Source: Elusimicrobiota bacterium
GTDB lineage: Bacteria; Elusimicrobiota; Elusimicrobia; UBA1565
Length of the DNA stretch: 64,000 nucleotides
Reading direction: 5' to 3'
Assembly: GCA_043827405.1 (NCBI GenBank)
Contig: JBDRPD010000003.1
Location: forward strand, 93,914-157,913
In this document: piece after piece, positions 17,501 through 25,887 of the stretch
Layout: each line of letters opens with the position of its first letter
How positions within the stretch are numbered: position 1 is the first letter of the stretch
Notes under the pieces: generated by a model
What the model saw: only the letters and a program-made list of their open reading frames with translations
Databases searched by the model: none
Told to the model about the DNA's origin: nothing
Program-made: the position numbers and the translations under genes

Positions 17501-18835
17501 GACGGCGGCTATACCTGGTACCTGGCGACCGCCGACGTCGACCAGTTCGTGCCGCCGGGAACGCCGGCCTTCCGCACCGCCGCCCGCATCGGCAATACCT
17601 TCTACTCCATCGACAAGGACGGGGTGCCGGAATATCCCATGAATCATCCCGTGGTCTCGAAGTATGCGGCCAGCCTGCTGGCCGGCAAGGACAGCCTGGC
17701 GATGATTACCCGCATGCGCTTCGGTCCGAACGGCGAGTTCCTCAAGGACGAGTCCGAAGTCTTCCTCGGCGAGGTGCGGGTGCAGGGACGCTACACCTAT
17801 GAGCAGGTCGTGGATTTATGGCAGGACCGCGCCGGTCACGGTATCGAGCATGTCGAGCAGATCACCCTGGCCCGCGAGCTGGCCTCCAAGCTCGACGCCA
17901 GCGACGCTCAGCGCGGCAAGCTGGCCTTGCGCTTCCAGCAGGTCGCGCACAGCCCGCAGGCGGACGGCACCTGGCGGAGCGCGGTCGTGGAGGAGGACCC
18001 GCACCTAACCGAGTCGCACAAGCTCATCGAGGAGCTCAAGGTCTACGGCAACCGCGCCATCGCCAAACTTCTTGAACGCATCACCGCGGAATACGGCGTC
18101 CCGCATATCAGCCGCGTCCATCCGCAGCAGGAGGAGGCGATCAACCGCAAGCTGCGCAAGAATATCCAGAAGCTTGGACTGCGCTGGGAGAAGGACGAAA
18201 ACCTGTGGGACTTCCTGCGCGGCCTGCAGGAGCGCGCGGACCTGACCGACGAGGGGCGCGAGGTCGCGCAGATGCTTGCTTTGATGACGCGGCGCACCGC
18301 GCAGTACGAGATCAAGGATGCTGACGGCCATGAGGGGCTGGCGCTGGAGGCCGGCATGTACGACCACCCCTCGACGCCCATCCGGCGCTTCGCCGATATG
18401 TATAACCGGGCGATTCTGGAAGCCTACCTTGAGGGCCGCGACCCGCGCGAGCACTACGCCGCGGTGCAGAAGGACCTGACCGATATGGGCTTTCGCGGGC
18501 TGGAAGAGTATATGCTCCACCTCAACGGCCGCGAGGCGGCGTCCAAGCTGATGGACCGCGAGGTCGACGAGTTTATGTCGATCTACGAGCTGGCCAAGCC
18601 CGAGCACCAGGGCAAAACCTACCGCGCCTATGTGAAGATCTTCCGCGACGGCCGCAACCCGCTGGCGGTGCTGCAGCTGCGCGACCTGCCGGTCAGCATC
18701 ACGCTGAAAGGCGACGAGGTCGGCGACTGGAAGCTGCTCGACGAGCTGGAGCTGACCATCCACGGCGCCGATCCTGAGCGCGCCAAGGTCGACGCCTCGG
18801 TGCGCAAGCTCGGCCGCCTGCCGGCGCTTAAGTAG
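14537..18835 (+). CDS. Large signal-peptide protein: class I nucleotidyltransferase-like domain plus RNB (RNase II/R) domain and S1-like tail
   Basis: RNB motifs FVTVDPIGAGDLDDAF, ATADVDQFV, SHKLIEE, GHEGLAL..YDHPSTPIRRFAD; N-terminal RGSSARLT....VDYDI resembles the pol-beta motif. Confidence 0.82.
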   Translation: MRIANRLLAAFIACSLAAQPALAQVKVVGVKAVAPNVSAAAGAAGVKALAPLSFTPTSLQLNSAVLPSVENLQLQPSSQLKQLSQPAAVVGPSASAVKETAPAKTVFQKKLNAIGKAVEDAGRGAENKSAEGGKLAADKQFHALGISAGEEDFAQLFEESLSAWEKGALKPAAGGSTAKELLAEDTPHFTGEQLQHIRQASRAMEAAVTKAAAQLLPGAGIRAVSRGSSARLTQDDTRVDYDIMAALPADWSADKVHSFMQERRKDLSAALESAIREEAAALFPGQDIEVEAGSYVQLSDPVTHSPDKGVYMLPVKVLSAEGKVLLDADVTFTNLAKYTNDYPGYFAAQLEQVAQLGGQGAVDEVLGSIRLAKRMFKEVVGAYKVWRGGPSGVGVEQMIMQSGRVESADKGQTVLEPGDFDKFMDRINDIAFDQDGRYRGLKQAARLWSVFNPFREPVNFLTHLSDKAWRRLADAARNYRMAKVAGRPVSFKELGYRRPDPQAALAASKPAELPVRETTTLAFGFTSAQEKINMQRAVREAVRALPESKEKIAAATLTGGRANKTNSYQLSLVVEGGAGMEITQLLRDQLSFSDRSVEYEGEAAVRKNRDLLVFFRAQGKSYQPKTLDLVQKAAKRLARHFKSRGSVTVGQRPGPGGEFMAVVKLEPNAEAAAVGKEIQEFFRTAGGGMRLTGVSLPAGVPTSQARAPKEDAGEESAGKGSAGRESAGGVTLEMLEKFTTHGPKPSRRGDAYLYAQGAKVLPAGFEAAWANRPEAGSGGGDTIQRSLLLRRGGKTYVLVPTIRSDGEPGMKPANVSPELAAGIITDTLVEAELRDGQVVSVKPIGSYAMDMMIGRARKNNGRWMLDALLRDGKNPKTLYGRMPLAGAENLKEGEIVQAFIKPDGRGYSAEAMLDLGAELTPEIVAREIALRHGARGYFEKAVIEQAEKAGASGKAPPKFRDLREFAFVTVDPIGAGDLDDAFYVEKHADGGYTWYLATADVDQFVPPGTPAFRTAARIGNTFYSIDKDGVPEYPMNHPVVSKYAASLLAGKDSLAMITRMRFGPNGEFLKDESEVFLGEVRVQGRYTYEQVVDLWQDRAGHGIEHVEQITLARELASKLDASDAQRGKLALRFQQVAHSPQADGTWRSAVVEEDPHLTESHKLIEELKVYGNRAIAKLLERITAEYGVPHISRVHPQQEEAINRKLRKNIQKLGLRWEKDENLWDFLRGLQERADLTDEGREVAQMLALMTRRTAQYEIKDADGHEGLALEAGMYDHPSTPIRRFADMYNRAILEAYLEGRDPREHYAAVQKDLTDMGFRGLEEYMLHLNGREAASKLMDREVDEFMSIYELAKPEHQGKTYRAYVKIFRDGRNPLAVLQLRDLPVSITLKGDEVGDWKLLDELELTIHGADPERAKVDASVRKLGRLPALK

Positions 18836-19098
18836 CGGGTTCCTATCTGTCCCAATTCATGCTGGGCCCAATTACCTCGCCGCTCTAGTCTGTTCGGCTC
18901 TAGGACGCTGCGGAGGCCCGGTGCTGCCATGATCGTACGCTATGAATAACATTATCGTCGTTATCGCGATGGCCGGCTCCTTGAATATCTGAGCCGGGAG
19001 CCCGACGTCTTCGCCGTGCGCGCGGCATATTAACCGCGGGCCAAAGTTTGTACAATCCTCGCACGCATCCGCCGTATTTCCCTGTTTGAGGAGAAGAT

Positions 19099-19905
19099 AT
19101 GAAAACGATCCTGTCCCCTATTGCCGTTCTGCTGGCCGCCGCTCTATGCATCCCCGCGGGGGCCGCCGAGAAACTCACCGCACGCCAGATCATGCAGAAG
19201 CAGAAGGATCTGCATAAGACGACGAGCGAGATCGAGTTCCAGAAGATGATGCTCATCGACCGCAAGGGGGACAAGGAGCTGCGCGAACTGCGCCGCTACA
19301 ACCTCGAGACCGGCAAGGACCTCTATAAATATCTCCTCGTCTTCCTCTCGCCCAAGGATATCCGGGGGACCTCGCTTTTGACCTGGCAGAAGGAGGGCGG
19401 CGAGGACGACCAGTGGATCTACATGCCGGCCTTGGGGCGCAAGCTCAAGCGCATGGCCAAGGGCAGCAAGAAGGGCTACTTCATGGGCACCGACTTCACC
19501 TACGCCGACCTGTCGCCGGAGCCGCTTGACGACAATACCTACAAGCTTATCGGCGAAGAGAAGCTCGAGGGCCAGGAGGTCTGGATCATCGAGTCAACGC
19601 CCGTCCCGGCGAAGCTGCAGGCAAGCGCCTATTCCAAAAAAGTGCTGCGCGTGCGCAAGGACATCTTCTTTACCGTCCAGATCGAGTTCTACAACCCGCG
19701 CGGCAAGCATATCAAGACCCAGACCATGTCCGGCATCAAGCAGATCCAGGGCACGATCCACCGCGCCGACAAGGCCCTGATGGACCATCTCCAGCGCGAG
19801 CACAAGACGGTCATGATGGTCACCGAGCGCGAGCTCAACGCCAAGGTCGATCCGGAGATCTTCAGCGAGCGCTCGGTGCTCAAGGAAGAGACGCTCGGAA
19901 ACTAG
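19099..19905 (+). CDS. Outer-membrane lipoprotein-sorting (LolA-like) periplasmic protein
   Basis: Signal peptide; FLSPKDIRGTSLL, DDQWIYMPAL, FMGTDFTYADL. Confidence 0.88.
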   Translation: MKTILSPIAVLLAAALCIPAGAAEKLTARQIMQKQKDLHKTTSEIEFQKMMLIDRKGDKELRELRRYNLETGKDLYKYLLVFLSPKDIRGTSLLTWQKEGGEDDQWIYMPALGRKLKRMAKGSKKGYFMGTDFTYADLSPEPLDDNTYKLIGEEKLEGQEVWIIESTPVPAKLQASAYSKKVLRVRKDIFFTVQIEFYNPRGKHIKTQTMSGIKQIQGTIHRADKALMDHLQREHKTVMMVTERELNAKVDPEIFSERSVLKEETLGN

Positions 19906-19943
19906 TCCAGGGCGACCGTCGAGCCGGTTAAAGGAGCGCGAGC

Positions 19944-22673
19944 ATGAAGAAAATCATCAGCTTTGTTATGCGGCAGCCGAAGTCCGTCTTTATCGGCCTG
20001 CTCGCCGTCTCCTTGGCCGCGGCTACCCAGCTGCCCAAGCTGACGATCAACGTCGGCGCCGACGGACTGATGGTGTCGGACGACCCGAACCGGGCCTTCT
20101 ATGAGGAGACCCAGAGCAATTTCGGCTCCGACAATATCACGGTGATCTTCGTTGAGGACAAGGACCTCTTCACCCCCGAGAAGCTCGCGGCCGTGCAGTC
20201 GGTCGCCGGCGCGCTCGAGGACGTCGAGGGCGTCATCAAGGTCGACAGCCTGTTCACGCTCAAGAACTTCAAGCATTCGGAGGGCGGGCTGGAATCGACG
20301 CCGTTCTTCGAGGAGGTGCCCGATTCCGAGGAGGCGATCGAGGAGTTGCGGCTCGACGCCCTGCGCAACCCGCTGATCGCCCGCAATGTCATCTCGGCCG
20401 ACGGCACCGCGATGGCGATCAACGTCTATGTCCGCAACGACGCGGGAGTGAAGGACTTCGACGCCAAGCTCTCCGGCGACATCGAGCAGGCGATCGCGCC
20501 GCTCCGGGAGCAGGTGGGCAAGGTGTTTCAGATGGGCATGCCGTTCACCCGCGACGAGCTCAGCGGGGCCATCATCAACGACCAGAAGCTGATCACGCCG
20601 CTGGCGGTCGGCGCCTTGATCGTCGCCTTGGCCCTGGGGCTGGGGACGTTCAACGGAGCCATCGTGCCGATGCTGACCGCGGGCCTGAGCATCCTGTGGA
20701 CGCTGGGCTTTATGGGGCTGGTGGGCCTGCCGATCAACATGCTGACCGGGATCGTGCCGGCGCTGATCATCGTCATCGGCTCGACCGAGGATATCCACCT
20801 GCTCAGCGAATACGCGGAAGGCGTCGCCGAGGGGCTCGACCGGCCCAACGCCATCATGTACATGGCCGGCAAGCTCGGCCTGGCCATCTTCCTGACCTTC
20901 ATCACCACCTATCTCGGCTTCTTCTCGGTCGCGCTCAATAAAATCCTGATCCTCAAGCAGTTCGGCGCCGTGGCTTCCAGCGGCCTGCTGTTCAACTTCA
21001 TGATCACTATCACCGTGGTCCCGCTCTACCTGGGGGTCTTTGGCAAGAGCGGCACCGAAAAGAAGGAGGTCGAGAAGGAAGGCGAAAAGAAGGAGGAGGG
21101 CGGATCGGTCTTCGCCAAGAGCGCCGACATCCTGCTCGAGATTATCCGCCGCAACCGGACCGGGGTGCTGGTCGGGGCCGCCGTGATCAGCGTGGTGATC
21201 GGCGCCGGGGCCTTCAAGGTGAGGGTCAATAACAACTCGCTCGGATACTTCAAGGAAGACTCCCAGGTGCGGGTGCGCGCCAATACGCTCGCGGAACGCC
21301 TCACCGGCATGCAGTCGTTCTATGTCGTCCTCAAGACCGAGAACGGGGAGGCCTTCAAGGATCCGCAGCTCCTGGCGGAGATCAAGAAGGTGCAGGACTT
21401 CATCAAGCAGATGAAGCTCTTCGACGCCAGCTTCTCTTTGGTCGACCTGCTGTCCTTGATCAACCGCGAGATGAACAGCGGCGGGGAAGAGCACTCCCGC
21501 ATTCCGGCCTCGACCGAGCTGATCAACCAGTATCTCGCGGTCTTCTTGAGCAGCGACGATACGGGGCAGTACGTGACTGCGGACTACTCCACGGCCAATA
21601 TCCTGGTGCGCCACCATCTGTCCGCCTCCTACGATCTGACCGCGGCGCTCAAGCGGCTCAAGGAGTTCACCGACACGCTGGACAAGCGGATCGAGGTCCG
21701 CGTTACCGGCGAGGAGATTCTCACCAACACCGCCGCCGACTCGATGGCCTCCGGCCAGGCCAAATCCCTGTCGAGCCTGATTCTGATCATCTTTGTGATG
21801 ATCTCGATCGTGTTTCTCAACGCCAAGGCGGGACTGCTGTCGCTGATCCCGAACGTGATCCCCATCTGTGTCCTGTTCGGCCTGATGGGCTATCTCAATA
21901 TCCCGCTGGACGTCGGGACGGCCATGATCGCGGTCATCGCCATCGGCATCGCCATGGACGACACCGTGCACTTCATGGTGCGCTACAACAAGGAAGTGCG
22001 GGCGACGGCCGACGAGAAGACCGCCCTGGAGAATACCGTGCGGGCCGAGGTCACGCCGGTGATCTCGACCTCGATCGCGCTGGCACTGGGCTTCGGCGTC
22101 CTCATGGCCTCGAGCTTTGTGCCGATCATATACTTCGGGGCGCTGACGGCGCTGATGATGGTGGTCGCCCTGCTCTCGGATCTGCTGGTCACGCCGATGC
22201 TGCTGACCACGGTGCGCTTCGTCACGCTGTGGGACATGGTGGCCTGCCAGGTCGGCAAGAAGGTCATCAGCAAGTGCCCGTTGTTCAAGGACATGCGCAC
22301 CTGGCAGATCAAGCAGATCATCCTGATGTCCAAGGTCCGCGAGGTCCCGAGCGGCGAGACCTTCATCAAGCAGGGCGCCATGGGCCATGAGATGTTCGTC
22401 GTCCTCGAGGGGCACGCCAAGGCCGAGAAGGTCGCCGCGGACGGCAAGCGCCGCCTGCTGGGCGCCGTCGGCGAAGGCGACGTTATCGGCGAGATCGCCT
22501 TGGTCTCCAAGGAGGAGCGCATGGCCGATGTCGTCGCCGAGTCGGATATGCGGCTGCTGGTGCTCGAGTGGAAGGCGCTCGAGCAGTTGGGCCGCTACCT
22601 GCCGATGATCTCGACGCGGCTGTTCCTCAATATCTCGCGCATCATCGGCAAGCGCTTGGCGGCGGCGAAATGA
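19944..22673 (+). CDS. MMPL/RND-family transporter with C-terminal cyclic-nucleotide-binding domain
   Basis: Two RND repeats (IGSTEDIHL, GIAMDDTVHF); C-terminal FIKQGAMGHEMFVVLEG...GDVIGEIAL...RMADVVA. Confidence 0.9.
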   Translation: MKKIISFVMRQPKSVFIGLLAVSLAAATQLPKLTINVGADGLMVSDDPNRAFYEETQSNFGSDNITVIFVEDKDLFTPEKLAAVQSVAGALEDVEGVIKVDSLFTLKNFKHSEGGLESTPFFEEVPDSEEAIEELRLDALRNPLIARNVISADGTAMAINVYVRNDAGVKDFDAKLSGDIEQAIAPLREQVGKVFQMGMPFTRDELSGAIINDQKLITPLAVGALIVALALGLGTFNGAIVPMLTAGLSILWTLGFMGLVGLPINMLTGIVPALIIVIGSTEDIHLLSEYAEGVAEGLDRPNAIMYMAGKLGLAIFLTFITTYLGFFSVALNKILILKQFGAVASSGLLFNFMITITVVPLYLGVFGKSGTEKKEVEKEGEKKEEGGSVFAKSADILLEIIRRNRTGVLVGAAVISVVIGAGAFKVRVNNNSLGYFKEDSQVRVRANTLAERLTGMQSFYVVLKTENGEAFKDPQLLAEIKKVQDFIKQMKLFDASFSLVDLLSLINREMNSGGEEHSRIPASTELINQYLAVFLSSDDTGQYVTADYSTANILVRHHLSASYDLTAALKRLKEFTDTLDKRIEVRVTGEEILTNTAADSMASGQAKSLSSLILIIFVMISIVFLNAKAGLLSLIPNVIPICVLFGLMGYLNIPLDVGTAMIAVIAIGIAMDDTVHFMVRYNKEVRATADEKTALENTVRAEVTPVISTSIALALGFGVLMASSFVPIIYFGALTALMMVVALLSDLLVTPMLLTTVRFVTLWDMVACQVGKKVISKCPLFKDMRTWQIKQIILMSKVREVPSGETFIKQGAMGHEMFVVLEGHAKAEKVAADGKRRLLGAVGEGDVIGEIALVSKEERMADVVAESDMRLLVLEWKALEQLGRYLPMISTRLFLNISRIIGKRLAAAK

Positions 22674-24103
22674 CGGCGGCGCGGCTGCTTCTGGCAGCGG
22701 CACTCCTGGCGGCTGCGGCGCCCGGCGCCCGGGCGCAGGACGACGTCGACGACATCTTTGCCGAAATGGCGGCCGGCACGCAGCAGCAGGCCGAGAAGCC
22801 CGCCGGCGGCCTGTGGGCCAGGATGCGCAAAGGCTTCGAAGCCACGGCCCGGCTGCGCACGCAGAGCTTCCTCTACGACAACCGGGGCGACGACCGCGAT
22901 TCCACCCACAACTTCTTCGAGACCGGGGTCGATTGGAAGTACAAGTTCAGCGGCGCCGGCAACATCTTTTTCACCCAGGGCTGGATCGCGGGCGGCAACG
23001 CCCCCGACACCTACGGCCAGATCGTCAACTCGCCGCGGGACCTCAAGCGGACGCGCAACATCATCGAGCTCGCGGAGCTTTACTACACGCGCGAGCTTCC
23101 GGGGGTCGACGTCACGGTGGGCAAGCGAATCGTGGAGATGGGCCTCGGCAACCTCTACTCGCCCTCCGACCGGCTGACGCCGCAGGACCTCAACGACCCG
23201 ACCGACGGCAAGAAGCTGGGGCTGTGGCAGGCCGGCGCCGACGCCTGGATCAAAGGCGTTCTGCTGGGCGTGAAGGTGCTGCCGATGTTCCAGCCCAGCA
23301 AGTTTCCCAGCCGGCAGACCCGCTGGGCCGGTCCCGAAAGCGGCGGCTCCGGCGGCGCCGTGGACTTCAACTACTTTTCGAACTCCGGGGTGACGATCGA
23401 GGACCGCTACCCGCGCGCCGTCACCTGGCGCAATACCGGCGTCAGCGGCAAGACCAAGACCACGTTTCGCGGCTGGGATGTCTTCGCGGCCGGCTACTAT
23501 GGGCCCTCGCCGCACAGCGTGCTTACGCGCCGCTCGTATACCGCGCTTGAGCTGCTGCTTGACCCGGCTCTCGCCAGCCGCTACCGCAAGGTTAACGAGC
23601 CGGTGGTCCATATCAGCGGCGGCTTCGCGACCACCTACAAGAAGCTCGAGGTCCACGGCGAGACGCTGTCGCAGACCAGCCCCGAGAGATACGACGACGA
23701 CTTCGTCAATACCGTCTTCGGCTTCTCCTTTCCGTTCGACGAGTTCGGCGAGGACTTCCCGTTGGAGAAGATCACCGTCCACGGCGATTTCGCGTGGGAG
23801 AACCTGACGGCGCCGGCCGGGCACCCGGAGTCGATCCAGAGCTCGCGCGCCGGGCGGGCGGCGCAGGAGACCTGGATGGGCTTGCTCGAGTTCCAGTTTT
23901 CGGACGACCTGAAGCTTGGAACCGGCGTCACCTATGAGAACAACGACGCCGGCCATACCGAAATCTTCGGCGGCGAGTACCGTATCATGTCGGGGCTGGT
24001 GTTCAAGGCGGCGCTCGAGCTGTTCAACGGGCCGTCCTCCAGCAACCTCGGCCGCTGGGACGCCGCCGACCGCATCACCACGACGCTGGAATATTCCTTC
24101 TAG
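22670..24103 (+). CDS. Putative outer-membrane beta-barrel protein
   Basis: Signal peptide, ATGA overlap with the transporter, ELYYT..DVTVGKRIV, C-terminal LEYSF beta-signal. Confidence 0.8.
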   Translation: MTAARLLLAAALLAAAAPGARAQDDVDDIFAEMAAGTQQQAEKPAGGLWARMRKGFEATARLRTQSFLYDNRGDDRDSTHNFFETGVDWKYKFSGAGNIFFTQGWIAGGNAPDTYGQIVNSPRDLKRTRNIIELAELYYTRELPGVDVTVGKRIVEMGLGNLYSPSDRLTPQDLNDPTDGKKLGLWQAGADAWIKGVLLGVKVLPMFQPSKFPSRQTRWAGPESGGSGGAVDFNYFSNSGVTIEDRYPRAVTWRNTGVSGKTKTTFRGWDVFAAGYYGPSPHSVLTRRSYTALELLLDPALASRYRKVNEPVVHISGGFATTYKKLEVHGETLSQTSPERYDDDFVNTVFGFSFPFDEFGEDFPLEKITVHGDFAWENLTAPAGHPESIQSSRAGRAAQETWMGLLEFQFSDDLKLGTGVTYENNDAGHTEIFGGEYRIMSGLVFKAALELFNGPSSSNLGRWDAADRITTTLEYSF

Positions 24104-24131
24104 GACGCGCCGCCGCCCGCGCGATTTTGCC

Positions 24132-24659
24132 ATGAAGCCCGCCGCCGCGAAACCCAGGAGCGTTTCCATGCTGATTCCGACAATTATTTTCTTTATCCTT
24201 GCGGTCGTGCTGCTCTATTACGGGCATGCCCGCGGCCAAGGCGAGCATATCGTCGGACTCAAGGCCGCGGCGCAGCTGCTGTGGCAGATTATCCCGCTGC
24301 TGCTATGCGCCTTCATCGTCGCCGGCATGGTGCAGACCATGCTGCCGCACGACAAGGTCGCGCACTGGGTCGGGCAGGACTCCGGGCTGCGCGGCATCAT
24401 GATCGGCGCCTGCGCCGGTGCGCTGACGCCGGGCGGACCCTTCGTCAGCATGCCGCTGGCCGCCGGCTTCTATCATTCGGGGGCCAGCGCGGGAACGGTC
24501 GTCGCCTATTTGACCGGGTGGTCGGTATGGGGGCTGACGCGCATCCCGCTCGAGGTCGCCATCCTGGGCTGGCGCCTGGCCTTGATCCGCATGGCGAGCT
24601 GCCTGCTGCTGCCGCCGCTGGCCGGCGGCATCGCCTACGTGCTGTTCCGGCGCTTTTAG
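24132..24659 (+). CDS. Permease (DUF318/ArsP-like)
   Basis: GALTPGGPFVSMPLAAG, hydrophobic; start at 24132 or 24168. Confidence 0.8.
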   Translation: MKPAAAKPRSVSMLIPTIIFFILAVVLLYYGHARGQGEHIVGLKAAAQLLWQIIPLLLCAFIVAGMVQTMLPHDKVAHWVGQDSGLRGIMIGACAGALTPGGPFVSMPLAAGFYHSGASAGTVVAYLTGWSVWGLTRIPLEVAILGWRLALIRMASCLLLPPLAGGIAYVLFRRF

Positions 24660-24752
24660 GGGTGTGCGGACGGCGCCGCGGCCGCCTAAAATCGGCGCCG
24701 ATCGGCCGCGGCGGATTTGCCCGATAAGCTCTATCGTTGATATGCTCAGGGT

Positions 24753-25391
24753 ATGGGATTGCTGGCGATCATTGCGGGCAGCGCGGCCGCCTTCGGCGTC
24801 TTCATGTACGTCATCCCCGCTCTCCGGCGCCGGGTGCGCGCCAACGACTTCGAGAAGTCGCTCGTCCGCGTCAGCTTCAACCGGGAGGAGCCGACCGCAG
24901 AGCTGCTTAATTCCTTTCACGGCCTCGATCTCTTCGCGGCCGGCGACGCTAAAAAGATTCTGCACCTCGCTCGGGGCGAGCGCCGGGGCGTCCAGATGCT
25001 GCTGTTTGATCTCGATTTCTGGCAATCCAGTCTCCATCGCGGCGCCCGCCACTCCATCGTCACCGTGGCGGCGTTCCAGACCGAGTTCGCCGGCCTGCCC
25101 ATGATCCACGCCCGGCCGCGCAACTACGTCTTCGACCAATGGGACTCGGAATTCCTGGACTTCCCGGAGGACGAGGACTTCGAGAAAGCCTACCTGGTCA
25201 GCAGCGAGCAGGGCGCGATCCGCGAGTTCTTCAACCGCCGGGTGCGGGCGCACCTGCGCCGGTCGTCGACCCTTGTGCTGCAGGCTCGCGGCGAATGGGT
25301 CATTCTGTTTCGCAACGACGTCACCATCCCGCCCAATAAAGTGGCGCATTTTCTGGACCAGGCCGCGCTGATCTTCAGCGCCGTCGCTTGA
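24753..25391 (+). CDS. Hypothetical membrane-anchored protein
   Basis: N-terminal TM, DFPEDEDFEKAYLV; stop overlaps the next ATG. Confidence 0.7.
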   Translation: MGLLAIIAGSAAAFGVFMYVIPALRRRVRANDFEKSLVRVSFNREEPTAELLNSFHGLDLFAAGDAKKILHLARGERRGVQMLLFDLDFWQSSLHRGARHSIVTVAAFQTEFAGLPMIHARPRNYVFDQWDSEFLDFPEDEDFEKAYLVSSEQGAIREFFNRRVRAHLRRSSTLVLQARGEWVILFRNDVTIPPNKVAHFLDQAALIFSAVA

Positions 25392-25873
25392 TGGAGAATC
25401 TCTTCGGCGCGCAGGCCGCCAACGTCATCCAGTTCCTCAAGTACGCCGTCGCCGGCGGCGTGGCCACGGTCACGCACATCTTCTTCTTCCACCTATGCGC
25501 CTGGAAGGTGCTGCCCGCCCTGCAGGATAAGGATTGGGCGGTCAGGTTTTTCCAGCTGCCGCCGGCCGCTCTTACCGACTCGGTGCGCGCGCGCAATTCC
25601 ATGATCGACAACTTTCTGGCCTTCATGGTCGCCAACATGGTCGCCTACCTCATCAACGCCTATTGGGTATTCGAGGCGGGCCGGCATCATTTTCTGGTTG
25701 AGCTCGCCCTGTTCTATGCCGTATCCGGCATCGCCATGGTTATCGGCACCGGGATGATGGGCTTCCTGATCAAGCGTTTCGGCATGCTTACGACCTATGC
25801 CTTCTGCGCCAATATCGTATCCGCTCTTTTGATAAACTACGCGGCAAGGAAGTTCTTTATTTTCAAAGGGTAG
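25391..25873 (+). CDS. GtrA-family membrane protein
   Basis: QFLKYAVAGG, NAYWVF, NYAARKFFIF. Confidence 0.85.
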   Translation: MENLFGAQAANVIQFLKYAVAGGVATVTHIFFFHLCAWKVLPALQDKDWAVRFFQLPPAALTDSVRARNSMIDNFLAFMVANMVAYLINAYWVFEAGRHHFLVELALFYAVSGIAMVIGTGMMGFLIKRFGMLTTYAFCANIVSALLINYAARKFFIFKG

Positions 25874-25887
25874 CGCCGGGGGGCGTT

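Noticed and set aside
19902..22703. 933-aa minus-strand ORF
   Set aside because: Antisense shadow of the MMPL gene caused by high GC3; no motifs
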